Part shown: positions 27,201 to 41,600 of the stretch, piece after piece
Layout of the letters: every line of letters begins with the position of its first letter
Numbering within the stretch: position 1 is the stretch's first letter
Origin: Harriotta raleighana
Taxonomy: Eukaryota
DNA: 64,000 nt
Direction: 5' to 3'
Assembly (NCBI GenBank): GCA_050575255.1
Contig: JBNZDD010013689.1
Location: forward strand, 606,488 to 670,487
Program-made: the position numbers and the translations under genes
The notes under the pieces: generated by a model
What the model was told of the DNA's origin: nothing
The model's database searches: none
What the model saw: the letters and a program-made list of their open reading frames with translations, nothing else

Positions 27201-29621
27201 AGGCGAAGGGAGTGAGGAAGGGAGTTCCAGAGCCTCAGGGTGTCGTGGCTGAAGGCACTGAAGTGCATGACCAGTTTTATTTGAGGGATTGTTGGCGAGG
27301 ATTCAGTATCAATTTTCCTTTTCTTTTCGAAGAGTGCCATGGTATCTTTCACTCTATGCGTAGAGAACATTGGATCAATGACTCTTCTTAAGGACAGCCC
27401 CCACCCTCCCTCAGCTCTGCAATGGGGTGTCAGACTAAACAATACGGGATTTGTGTTCCAACATGTGGTTTAAACCCACAAACTTCTTGACTCCCAAGGC
27501 AGGAGTGCTATCAAGTGAACCAGGCTGACACACATGTTGTATCTCCACAACTATAATAGTGCTTTGAGGTAACCCTTTGAAGTTAGAGGTACTATATAAA
27601 TTGCGAGGATTTTTATTTTTTTCTGTTTCTGGGTATCTGGCATTGAATTAAATCCTGTTTACATTTTTTATTCCAACAACTTCCATTTATATAGCGCCCC
27701 TCACACAGGGTAGCGTCCCAGAGCACTTGACACTGGCTGACCATGACTGAGTTGGCGGAGGGGAAAGTGACCAAAGTTGAATAGGAAGATCTTCAGGCGT
27801 GTCTTGAAAATGGGGGAGGAAGGGGCAAGTCGGAGGGATAGAGGAAGAGTGTTCCAGAATCAACAACATTTTATCTGAGCTTTTAACTGTACATACAAGA
27901 ATACTTGAATTTGATACCAGTGCTTTTCACGTCTTCCAGAGCGCTTCACAGAATATACTGTAAAGTGAATTGACTATATATTTGTGGGCCAAACGCGCAG
28001 CCAACTGAGCACAGCAGCGTCCCCACAAACAGTCGTGGATTGAAATGACCAATTTTACTATTGTCGTTTTGTTGGAGGCATTATTATTAGGCCTGTGTGC
28101 TAAGGAAACTTCCCCAAGATTTCACCCTGACCTGCCTGGATACATATATATATATATATCTATCTATATACCTATATTAGGAAATCATATCAATGAAAGC
28201 TAACAAGAATGTGATCTTGAGAATGACCAGCTATCTGGGTACCCACCACACACCAACTCCCTAATTGACGGATCCATTCAATTTATACCAGCTGAGCCAC
28301 TTCCAGAACCGTCGAGCTTTTCATTATTACACAGAGGGTGGCGAGAATGTGGAACTCACTGCCAGAAGCGATGGGTGATGGGTGATGGTGAAGCAGACAA
28401 CATCAATGCATTTATGAGGAAACTAGATGCATACATGAGAGAAAAAACAATACAGAGTCTTGGGAGGGGGCCATTAGGATGTGTGGAAACTCATGTGGAG
28501 TATAAACAGTAGCAGGGGCAAGTTGGGTGAATGGTGTGTTTTAAGTGCCTTAGATTCTATGTAATTATTTATTATGAAGCGATTTCAATTAAAATGAGCG
28601 GGTTAATATATTATTATGTTTTTGCATGTCAATGACTATTTAATAAAACTGCCTTGACAGCATTTTTTATGCACAGGGCTTGGCAAACAAAGGCTGGATT
28701 CTGTAGTAGCTTTCCCAGAATAGTCCTGCTGAGTTGGCAGACTCAAGGTTGTTAATCCAGGCAATTAAATGTGGGAAGCGACTAAGGAATGGAGAGGAGA
28801 GAGAGAAAAAAAACAACAGATGCCGACAGCAGGGAGAAAGTGCAGCCTCACAAATACCAAGTGAGCTCATCACATTTCTGTGAAATCAGGCTATACCAAG
28901 TGTAGATCAATCATAACAGCTTTTCAGTGCAACCAGTGAGCAGAATTTTTCGACAGGAACTAGGGGAACAGAGCAGTGGATCCTTGGAGCTTGATCATTT
29001 TCCTAGAATACTACCTACATTTGGCTCCCACTCCCAGCTTGGGTGCCCAGTCAGCGTTGTTGAGACGTGGAAGCGTATATAAACGCTAATTTGTATTGTT
29101 GGGTAACGCTAAGGAGTAATAGAGGGACTTGGAACAAGATAAACCACATACACAGCATAATAGTAATACAAAGAATAAATATTACAATTAATCTAGGTAC
29201 TTATGTAACTCTATAAGGTCCCATCCAAGAGACTTTCCGTGGCCACCGCTGTTACTGTGCAGTGATTAAACCGACAGAAGCCAATGACTATTGTTAGGAT
29301 GTTTCTTTCCTGGTAATGTTCTGTTCCTCCTCAGTTTCAATCTGTAATTGAAAGTTTTATGTCCCTATGTAGCATTTGTGTACATTTTGACGCAAACCTC
29401 TGATTTCAAGTCAGTTGAAGACTTACCTTATTGTCCTTTGTGACTTTCAGCTGTTACAAAATGCACCCGATGAGGTGCTTGTGGTGGCGTCATCAACATT
29501 GTGCAATCTTCTGCTCGAATTCTCCCCAAGTAAAGAGGTTAGTTTTGAATGAAGTGCCAGATCTCTGCTGAGCATGGATTTCAAACTGGTCAGGCTTCAG
29601 TTATATTACACACATACATAC

Positions 29622-29652
<31 letters not shown>

Positions 29653-32600
29653 GTATGTATATATATATATATATATATAACTCTTGTGTTTTATATAGCG
29701 CTTTTCATGTCTTCTAGACGTCTTAAAATGCTTCACAGCATATATTAAAAAGTGAATTGAATATGTATTTTGTGGGCGAAACACAGCAGCCAATTGCGAA
29801 CAGCAGTATCATAGCCACCTTAAAAGGGACTATAAATTATTTTATTTACAAGTTTTGACAGGCTTGTTCATTGATAGAAGAATACTCACATATTATGATG
29901 CATAGGAAGTCTGTCCAAACTCTGTGTTAAACTGTAGTCAATATTGGAAAAAGCAGTCGTCAGTTACTGCACTGACTGGAATCATTGCGTTAGTTGATCA
30001 AAGCCATGGCTCATAGCCCAAATAACTAAGTGACTGTTAACATAGGCATTACTTTTTACATACCTTTATTCAGTTGTCCTCCTGATGTGAAAGATACTAC
30101 AGTATAATAATTAATTATTTTGTTGTTATTGTTGTAGTTTTAAAGTTTGTAATATTAAGGATTCGCACTGACATTGGTTAACTTTAGTTAAATGCTTTGT
30201 AAAAATTGAATGCGTTCTCTCATATCACAATAGCCCATCCTTGAGTCGGGAGCTGTAGATCTATTGTGTAACCTTACACAGAGTGAGAATCCAGCACTCC
30301 GAGTCAATGGGATATGGGCTTTAATGGTAAGTGTTTTCTGTAATGTGAGCTTTTCATGCTCTCTGTGATGCACTTGATTAGGAAGGGACAATGGTGTGGG
30401 TGGGGGCGAAGGGGTTCGGGGGTGGTGTTGAGGCACTGGAATGGGACATCCTCCTGATGTGAAAGCCACTGAAGTGTAAAGTATAGAGCTTGTTGTGGAG
30501 TGAGACTTTGGTAGAGGTATGTCAGAACAGCTATTTAATTGGAGCTTCGTATTCTACTGACATTGATGGCCAACAACCACTTCCAAAACCTTGATCATAA
30601 ATGATGGGTTATATACAGTAGATCAATGTGGTCCAACAGGCTGGCGTTTGGGAGGATGTAGTGCTCAGAGTCTTTACTACCATCTGTCAGGAAGACAAAT
30701 GCATCTCTTACCAACTGCATCCTTAGCAGCCAATAACCTGCTCCTGAGGGGCAGAGAGGAAGAGAGAATGAGGAGGAGGGAGAGGATGGCAGAGTGTATC
30801 TGTGTGAGAGCTTGGAAAGGAGAGACTGAGAGAATGATTTAGAAAGGGAGAGTTAAAAGATAGTGAGAAGGGAAGAGAGTGAGAGCCGGAGGGAGAGCGT
30901 GAGGTGGGAGGGAGTGAATATGAGGGAGAGGTGGAGAGAAAGAAACGAGTGGGTGGAGATTGAGAGAGGGCGATTGACAGAAGACTTTGAGAGAGGATAG
31001 AGAAAGCATGAGAGGGGATAGAGCGAGAAGGTAGGAGAGAGAAGGAGAGGGGTGAAAGAGTGATTGAGTGGGGTGGTGGAACTTGAGCAGGAAGAGAGGG
31101 TGTGAAATGTGAAGTGAAAGAGAAAAATTTAGAGTGTGTGTGAGAGAAGGGGAGAGAGAGAGAGAGAGTGCCTGAGAGGGGGAGAGAGTGTCCCACCACC
31201 TCCCCCTCATTGCCCACTCATTCCCACTCTTCCTCGCCCCACCCTCATCTTTCTCTCCCCCTCCTTCTCTCCCCCACCACTTGTCTCATAGCCCTTCACA
31301 GAATATTCTATAAGTGAAGTGACTGTGTATATATGTGGGAGAAACACGGCAACCAATTGTGCACAACAGTGTCCCACAAATCCTGTCGTGGATTGAAATG
31401 ACATGACCAATTTATTATTATTTTTTGGTGGGATTATTATTAAAATATATATCAAAACATATCAAAAATAGAAAAGTTATGATGAGGTGTAGAAGGCAAA
31501 AACAATTGAATGCACTTTAATATCATGTTTACTTTTCAGAATATGGCTTTTCAAGCTGACCAGAAGATAAAGACAGATATTTTGCGGGGACTAAGTACCG
31601 AACAGCTCTTTAGATTGTTGTCGGATTCAGATGTGAATGTACTAATGAAGACTCTAGGCCTCCTCAGGAATCTCCTATCCACCAGGCCTGTATGTATTTA
31701 AAATCTGCACTAAACACAACATTCTTAATGTATCCCACTTCACAGAATTGCTGCATCCTTTCCAGCACTTGCGTAAATAAATATTTACTTCTTTGAACTG
31801 CAATTGTAAGTGAGGAAGCTGTTTAAACAGAAGCTGCAAGATATATTCATGTTTTTGCATTGTGGCTGGCTCATCGGCAGGAGTATGAAGGACAGACCAG
31901 TCGCAAGGGGCATTGCCTCTTCTGACTTGGCTCCTGTTTTTCCTTCTGCTCTTATAAATGTTTGTTCAGGGAACAGTTTGGGCAGAAAGTTTTGCCCTAA
32001 TGTACATACACAGCATCATCTCCAGATTCTTAAACTAGAATAAGCTATCTATCTCTTTGTTTTTATCGCCAGCACATAGATCAGATTATGAGCACTCATG
32101 GAAAGCAGATAATGCAAGCAGTGACACTTATTCTGGAAGGGGAGCACAATATCGAAGTGAAAGAACAGGTAGGTCTGTGTCTTTGGAGAAGTGATTGCTT
32201 AATTTGAATGAAAATGCTTTCTGTGTAAGTGTGCGGTTCTCAATGCAAGGCTTTCAATAAAACCGCAAATGTGGGATGAATTAGGATTGAGATCAGCACT
32301 TCTTAAATAGATGAAATGGCAGCTGTTTCAACTCTGTTGAGTTGGTTCTCTTCCGATGTCTCTTGGCTGGATAGATTAAATACAAATGAAATGTATTGAA
32401 AAATCTGTGTGTGTCATGATGCTGCCACAAGGCATGACTTCTATCCTCATTTGATCTCTTTGTTAAAATCTTTTTCTCTCTCGATTGCTTGCTGATCATT
32501 TACAGTTTGCGGCACTCTAGAAATTCTTTTTGTAACTTAAAATAAAATTGGACAACAGTTTCAGTTACAGTGGCAGAGCAATTATCTGGCAGCTGGCCGA

Positions 32601-35600
32601 AGGTTTGGATGAATCGAATGTTATATTTCACTTTGCTGTGAATGCATTAGTACAGTGAACTGCAGCAGATTTACACAACACTCACTGTAAAGGAGGCTGA
32701 TTGAATGAGACTACAAGCAGCAGGCTGCATAACACAACATGAGTGACTAGTCGCAGGTGGGTCACTGGAAAGACCTGGCTGTTGAGTTTTCAGGCATCAT
32801 GTTGAAGAAGAGAATTCTATTTAGGCTTCACACGTCAACTTTTGCAGAAAATGAGTCCGTGCGTCTCACAGGTCTGTACGTACTCTGCTTGTATAACACA
32901 TATTAAGTAAGCACAATGATTAGCATGATCAACATTCTAGTTGTGGTTCGGTTGTATTAATATTGATGTGAGGGCTATTCAAGTTTATGATATAATCTCC
33001 AGGAGGTAACATTGTCCTGTGTGATATAAGTGTTGTCAAGTATTGTGATCTCCACTTTTATTTTTGGAAGGTTACAGGGTGCGGAGTTCTTCATCAATTA
33101 ATATTGTCGAAGGAAAAATGTTTGCATGTGTTAAAGCTGCTGATTTCACCCCAAATATCCAGCAGATTTTGCTTATTTTCCATTAATTTGGTCTGTAAAT
33201 GAAATCAAACCACATAAGAAGCTTTTCCGTGCTGAATAGTGCTGAATGAAATCCAAAGATCATGATAGATTGTTGTGTGAGCGGACTCGGATGTGCTACT
33301 TAAGCTGTACTTCCGTGTTCCATATCTTGCCAATTGGAGGAAAGGTTGACTTGATGAAACTACAAAGGTGCAGGTTATGGGTTTTCCCAGCTACTCTTCG
33401 CCAAGATCGAGCCTGTCGCTCTTCTCTTAACTCTCGGTTGATATTTAGAGTTTTAGTTTTCAAGTTTTTGGCAAATCTGTTGTGTTTTCAACCAAAATTG
33501 CAATTTTTTGCATATATAACTGTCATCATTGTAGTCCTGAGAGAACCTTATTTTATCCTAAACTCCAGTGCCCCCTTGTAGTCTTCTGCTCTTAATATCA
33601 GACCTGTCCTTGTCAATTTAGGATTCACTCTTCAGTGTCTGTCAATCTCACAATCCCAATATTCGCAAAGTAGAAATCACAATTAGTGACTGGAATTTGG
33701 CTTTGAAAATATCATATGTTAGACAACATTCACACGTGACTACTTTGGCTACCACTGTTATGATTTGAGGGGTGGAGAACTCACCTTTTTATGATCTGAA
33801 AATCTTACTGGCAAATACATTCCAAGTGGTTTATTTGCCTTGATGTATACGCTTTCACTCACTAAAGGATCAGATTTCAGCTTTTCTCTTGGACAACTTT
33901 CCTTTTCTCCTGATTCATTGATGTTGGCCACAGGCCGGCGGCAGCTCGAGTATCCGCTCTTCGTTTGTGAGCCAGATCACACTGGTCAATAAAATACAAC
34001 CACACGTAGTATAACAGCTGATCTCATTCTTGCCAAAATACTTTCCATCTGGAGTTACTGGAGATATTGGTGATAACTGATTTGACTGATTTTTATTTCT
34101 ATTCCTCTCTGCCCCCGATTCTAGCGTACTTTCACCTTGTACTGAAATAACTTAATTAAACCCCTAACTGTCTGATGTGTGTCTCTTGAATTTTGGATAT
34201 TTGATAGAGCACCTATCACATCTTCAAGATGCCTCAAAGCATTCACAGAATACTGTATACCACAAAGTGAATTGACAATCTATTTTGTGGCCAAAACTCC
34301 ATAGTGCTACGTCTGACAGTGCCTTTGCCCACAAGGCCATTGAGCAAGCAATTTTAGCTCTTTATTGCACAAAAAAATACATTTGTCTATCCAATTTTGG
34401 TCTCTTGCTCTGCAGTTGCTATGGATACAGTAGGCACAGATATTGGAATCCACTACCATAGTATATTTGCTGATCGTTCATGCAATACAGTTTACATTTA
34501 CATTGCACTTGTTACGTCAGGAGGATGTCTTTAGGTACATGGCAGTGGGCAGATAGGAGCCGAGGGGGCAAGGAGGAGAAAGATGGCTGAAAGCACAGTC
34601 AGAGTACGTTTTGAGACGTACCTTGACAGAGGAAGGGAGGGACTCAGGATGGAATCCCAGCCAGGGTGAAAGCGTAGGCAAGTATCTTATTCCACACACC
34701 CCTTTTTACCTAGCAGTAAGGAGGAGCCAGTTGTTAGAAGATTGGAGGATCGCTTCCTGGGGAGGTAATAAGCCCTCCAAAAAATGTGGTCACTCAAGCC
34801 ACAACTGTTGGAGAGATTTGATGCAGGGTTTTGCCTACAAAATACATAGTCAATTCCCTGTACAATATATTCTGTGAAGCGCTTTGAAACGTCTCAACAA
34901 AGTGATAAGGCGCTATATCAAATGCAAGATTCATAAAAGAGAGCATTTTACAAGTCTTACTTAATGCTTTTACAGATCCTTTAGATAAAAGCTAATTTTA
35001 ATCTCTCCTTTGTGTGATGGCTGTCTTTCAATAATGGCAGCTTGAAGGATAATATCTTGCCCGGTCCCAGCATCAGTCAGTGTGCTCAAAGTGCTGTCGT
35101 GTAGAAGTGTATTAAAATCATGAGGAAATTGGGTGTAGCTGGCTTGACTCACATTATTAGGTATGAAATTGCTACTGTCTACTGATTTGATATGTGTTAA
35201 GGATGACGAATGGCAGTCAAATTGTTTTGAACTTGTGCCATTGCGGGAGAGAAGCGATAAAACAAGACTTACTTGTCACTTGCAGAACTCTTGAGGTTAG
35301 GCTGAACGGAAGCTTGACACGAATGCTGCTTCCCAGCTGACCTCCTTGCTCTCTATCCAGCCTTCATTTGATTCATCAGCACAGCCTTAGTTCTGCCTTA
35401 GTGGGCGAGGATCCAGGTATTGCTCTCGGATTCTGTTGCTCACTTGCTTCATCACTGGTTCCTCGATGCAAGGATGCAAAATTGTTCAATTTGCATTTTC
35501 TCTCACTTTGACTGGGGGTTGTGGGTGGGCAAGTTTTAAATGTGCGCTGTTTAAAGACTCCAGTGGGGGGGTTGTTTTGTTTTCAGAAGTAGAAAAGGTT

Positions 35601-38600
35601 CTATTTGTCTTGTACAATATTTCCCTGCTGTGTTGCAACACTGTTTAATTGTAGGCATCCGTTATACTTGGCTGCATTTAGTTCCAATCCTCCAGAAAAT
35701 TATATATACTTTAAAAATGCAATAGGCATTGAAGATGAAAGGTTGTCGAGATATTGACGAACATCATATTACAAAGAATGATGTTTGTAGAGATATATAG
35801 TATATGCACAGGAGATCAAAGTGGAAACCAGGTAGTTGTGAGCCATAAAATTCACCCCAGCCCCCCCTAAAATTAAACAATTTATATAACTTCTTTCAGG
35901 ATGTATGTTTTCCGAGTATTTCACATTACGAACTGAGAGAGAGTGGGAAAGAGTCGTTGAGCTATTATATAACATGACTCAATCATTGATCAGAAGCTCC
36001 AAATTCATTCTACGTACATGCTGAAAACTGGCGCATTTGAAAGCGTCAGCCAGATACTCGTGCACGTAAAAAGTGGACGTCAGCCCACTATATCTTATTG
36101 TTCAGCACCTGATGCAAAATTATGTAGAAAGACTTGGTGGCAGTACTGCTATATGCCGGAATATACAAAGGAAAGCCTCCGGGTAGATAAAACTAAACAA
36201 GTGCCTTAAAATTATTTGTATTCAATACTGTTGAATTCAATAGGGGGAGGGAAATGTTAACAGAATGTTCTCAAACTCCTAACATCGAAAGCTGTTTTTG
36301 GTCATACCAGTTAATTCTCACAGGATATTCATGTTCATACAACATGTAATCTATACTGTGGCCATGACCTGCTCATTGTTAATATCCATTCTCTGTTCTC
36401 AGATGCATACGCTCTTAATTGTCTCTGCTTTGCCAATAAGTCTGTGGCAGCTCAAGTATTGTTCAATAATTGATCTGAAAAGTGTGTTCGGAAATTAATA
36501 CTTTGCGAGAAAAGGAATTTAGCATCTGGCGTATTTCGTAATGATTATATTAAAATCTATTAACGAACATTTGGTCTTGATGTAAATTTGATTTGACATC
36601 CGTACTCATGACTCACTTGCGGTTGGGAAATTAGTAAGTGTTGAGGAAGTTTCCATTTCTAAACATTGTACTATTTAGGTTTATACATTAATTTATTCAC
36701 CCGTGACCTTCTAATCCCTTACCAACCTACCCGCCCCCTCCGCTCAGCAGGCTCTTACCTGCTTCACGTCCACCGACCCACCCGATCCACCATTCGCAGG
36801 CGAGCTTTTAGCCATTCGGCTCCCAACCTCTGGAACTCCATCCCGCAGTCCCTCTGCTTTGCCCCCTCTCTGTTCTCCTTCAAGTCCCACCTCAAGACTC
36901 CTTTTCAATGGTCCCATCAGCAACTCCTAATACCCCCTTTCCTCCCTCGCCTGTCCCCAGCTCAGGTCTGACACAGTGATTATCCAGCTCCTTGGGACAT
37001 CCTGACATGAAAGGCGCCACACAAGTGTAATTTGGCTATCCATCATTTTTACCGCATTAATGTTCTAACCTGAGAAGCACTTTCAGCACATTTCTGGAAT
37101 ATTTAAATCGCTGAAGCTTTGCTTTTACAAATAACCATAATTCAAAACATCTTTAAAATACACAGCCGTCATATATATTTGCGATCCTTTTCAGAATCTA
37201 TTTCTTTTAACATTTCAATGTCACAGACTCAAAAGAAGCATTGAAATGGTTGTTAACATATTGATCGCATGAGTTGAAATTTGTTGCAGAAATTGCTGCA
37301 AGGTGTTTTCTTGTCAAAGAAATGTGAAAGCGACATCTAGAATAAATTATTACTGATTGTTGAGTTTGGACAAAAAGGGGATCTACGTTTGCTTGTACAA
37401 CTTGTTCAAAACATTGAAACTCTACAAAGTCTAATGTGCAGTCCTCTTATCATGATATTCTTTTCCATAATTGACAGTAGCAGATCCTGTATTTATTGTT
37501 CTCTTTGAGGAAGGCTGTCATTATTGTCGATGTGTGAGTTTGGTACATTGCCTGGTGTTCAACATAAGGCAGGAAAGGAAAAGTGGGTGGTTGATTAAAA
37601 ATGCATCAATTTAAATGAAAAACAAACCATTTTTACTTTGGAACTTCTTTGTTCAATATAACTCTTGAGTTGAGAATATAAATCAAGAAGATAAATTGCA
37701 TTCATAATATTAACTTAGAGTAGCGAGGTAAATTGGCAGTCCAGCGGTGATTTTATTAATGCCCAATTTATTGTAACTTCATAGTAAACGGATAATGGTC
37801 TTTAGACTATATAAAGGTATACAAGAAAAATGGTTCATGTATTTTAACTATATACTTGCATTTCATATTTTATCATATCACATATGAAACTTAGAAGAAA
37901 TCTCGTTGAGTTTGGATGTGAATTAATAATAATAATATGTTATGCAAGACTAGTTTTTGAATGCAAAGCAAAATGATTACTCGTGAAACATCATATTATA
38001 CTCTGTTGTCTGCCCTTAATCTCTTGCTGGTGTCAGGAGGAATCATTGTGAGTGATTAAATGTCTTTTGACCAAAGTGGAGCACCAGTGATTATTACTGC
38101 AGCTAAGGCCAGCTACTCACTTCAACCAATTTTGCCTACTGTATTCATTATTTTTGTTCACTTGTATCTCTTGATAGTTTAGGATTTAAAAGTGTGTGTG
38201 CTGTATACTTTATACATGCGCACACACATATATAAAATGCATATGAAACTGATGTCTTGATGGACATTTAGTGGATTATCTAACAAAAGAAAGGATATAA
38301 AATATATGTGTAGACATCTCTATTGCCATGGTCCATAATTTACTGTGTTATCACCATAATCTTTAATTGACCAGCATTTAGAACGCTTGACTGTATGAAA
38401 TTTCAAACTAAAAATAAATCCCCAATACAAATTTGGAACAAAGTCCAGTGAAAGGCCGTTTATCCGTCACTCGATCAACCAGAAGTTCCATATAGCCGGT
38501 ACGTCAAAAAAAAAAGTCCCCATCTGATTAACCGGAAGTTATCCGGAACAATAGCGGTGGCACATTTAATGAATCGATTGTCGCACGAGAGTACTGTTTA

Positions 38601-41600
38601 GGTATTTCGGCTGCCATTTTTTTCCCTCGCGTTTTTTCCCATTGTATAGCATGCCCAACCTATACGTAGATTTAATTTGGGAAGATTGTGCATTTTAAGT
38701 TTTCTAACTGCTACGAATCACTGGGAAATTCCTTTTTTTCAAATAATGTCAAGGGATCTTCAACATCCACCTTAATCGGCTGAGAAGGCTTTGGTTTAAT
38801 GTCTTGTCTGAAGGATGGCCCTCCAGCAATGTAGCACAATGCCAGCACTGTATTGGAGTGTCAGTCTGGGCTGTGAGTTCACTCATACTGAATAGTACAG
38901 TTTTAGTGAAAGCACAGGAAGTCATCTCAGTGTCTACTGTGATGATCACCTGAAAAAATCCTGGTGTGATTGCTGGCCATTCCCCAAATCCTATGATGGA
39001 GGCCTTCATCCATGCTAGGAGATGCTGTGTCAAGCCGCAATGTAGGATATTACAGTAGTGGGCCTTAATGCAAAATGGTTTTCTATTATTTCGTCAAAAG
39101 GAATGATTACTTTGGACAGAGCAACTTGTGGCCTCACAACTGGGCATCCCAAATGTGATGGATGATGGTCTCAGTTGTATGCTATGTTGATGGTAGGTGG
39201 TAAACTGGGTATTGGCTGTGAATGAATTGCACAAACGTACATTTGCAACTTTCCTTTCAGTCCACCAGATGGTGCTGATTAACTGGCCCTGATAGTGTAT
39301 TTGTTCGGGGATCAAAGTTAGCACCAGCTTTGATTTCTTTGGTGTGTTTTGATGCATGTATAGAAAGCCTTGTGGCTCGTCCAATTCTCTACTTGTTACC
39401 TTCTTGCTGTTGTGTGAAGCACTGAGTGGAAGCCACATCTTGGCCTGCCTCCAGTCATTTTCGTGGCTTTCATCCAGAGCTGGGTGAAGGCTGAGTGAGT
39501 GGTCTCATTGCGTTGGTGAGGGAAGGATGATGTGTGGTACAGACTGGCTTCACAAGAGAGGTAATTAATTAAAATATTAAAAGGAAATCCAGCAAATTTC
39601 TCCAGATAAGATACGTGTGATAAGGATTTTTATTTATTATTATTTATGCCAGTCGTGTTCACAATATTTAAGGCACTTCACCATTTGATTTACTGATGGC
39701 CCTCTGTAGGGTTGCTGCTCAATATGTCATCCACTCTTTCTGGATCTTCCATTCAGTTGCATTTAATATAGTGTGTTATCAGATTGATTTCTCAAAATGT
39801 TTCATGATTCAGCCAAACGAGCAGCTATTCTGCACCAGCAAATTCCCACCAACAGTGGTAGGAGAAGAAGAACCAATTCATCATTTTTGTGTCTTTAAAT
39901 GCAGGGGGAATATTGGCCTGGACACCAGGAAAAAAAACACAGGAGAGAGCCATCCACTCTTATCTGAGAACTGCCCACAGTGGAATCGTTTAGCTGCTGG
40001 GTGGATTCAGTAGATTGGCTGTTGCTTTTCCCCATTCTATCTAAATCAGGGCCTAAATGGGGATGGCCTGCTTTGAGAGATCAATACCCTAAACGTCTCT
40101 ATTAAAATGCAGTGTTCCTGAAGGGATGAATATACATCATGTTAATGTATTTTGTTTTACATCATCTACATTTAATTATGAAGTAAGCTGACCATGCAGC
40201 AAAAAAGATTGTTATCGAAATTGCACTGTGACATACACTAAACAAATTCCCCAATGTAATTTTCTATCCTAATACTTCAAAGTGTTTGCGTGCATCCATA
40301 TTAAAGCAATTCCATGGTAGCAGTATCCATCTAACAGACTGTATCAGCCTGGTCAGTTTTGATCTTATGCAGGAAACCAAATTTCTAATATTCGGGAGTG
40401 AGTGATAACATTGGTATTTCATCAATAAGTTATTGATGTAAAGAAGAATAAAGCTTGACTTGTTTTATTTGAATACTGAGGTTAAATTACAGCTATCTAC
40501 AAACTCCTTAACAATAAGTGTAGTATTATTGCCATCGTTGGCCTGCCTGGGTGTGACTTCAGCTGAGATTCATTGCTGTACTCTCTCTGTTGACCCTTGA
40601 GACAAAGCAAGAGACAGGTTTGTCTCAGCATCTGTGAAGCCAGTAAATGTGTTCTATTAAAACTAAGTTCCTATTAAAGAACGATAATGTGATAAGAATG
40701 AATGTCGAAAATGAATCAGCTCAACCTCTCACTCGTAGTCCAACATAAAAGCTTTAACGCTCACAATCACATTTTCAGTGAAAGGTAATGAGTCTTGACA
40801 TATATTACTTTGACCCTTTTATTAGAGTGGAGGCATTTACTTTCCATTAGTGGTTACTGTCTAGACTTAGGGTTGCTAGGACTAAACGATCTTATCAGAT
40901 AATAACAGTTAAAAGTTGCATGGAAATTAATATGGATGTAGACTTTATGAGGTTATTCTGACCTCATCACTGTACCGATTAATAAGATTCCTAGAAATGA
41001 TTATGAGATATGAATTCAATAAACTCTTTAGTTGACACCATAAACTGCAGATTTGAAATTTAAATGGTTTGTAAGAGTCATTTAAAGCTGTCATTTGATT
41101 GTGATTGCCCCATTGTGTCTATATCTTGATTATTTTTTAATGGAGTAATTTTACAGGATGGTTCAGGTTGGAATTTTGGTTCATTGTGGGCCGATGTTAA
41201 CTGTTTTACAATAATTGTCGGAACTTATGAAGAAATTCTCTGGAAGGTACGTGTTGTAAGGGAAAGAAGCGAGTGGTAGTCAAGCTAACGTGGTGAGGTG
41301 GTGGGTACATTTTTCAAAGAGCCATGATTGGATTTCAGGAGGCAAAGTAGATTTCTTTAAGATGAATGGAACATTTTGTGAACAAAGGAGGATGGAAACT
41401 TATAGATGACTCTGCCTGCTTAGTTAGCCCTGTAACGGTGATCTGTAAAAGTAATATCTTGACCTGTTTTCTTTTGCTCCCTGGTTTCCAAAGGTCTTTG
41501 AACAAAATGAGTCAACAGTCCGCTGTCAGACGATTGTCAATTACAGTTTCTGTCAAATACATAAAACCCAGTGGCCATAATTTTCATGTTTCCAACAGTA

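Noticed and set aside
30723-31217. 164-aa and 123-aa Ser/Leu/Pro-rich ORFs
   Set aside because: Translations of a low-complexity GA/CT tract.
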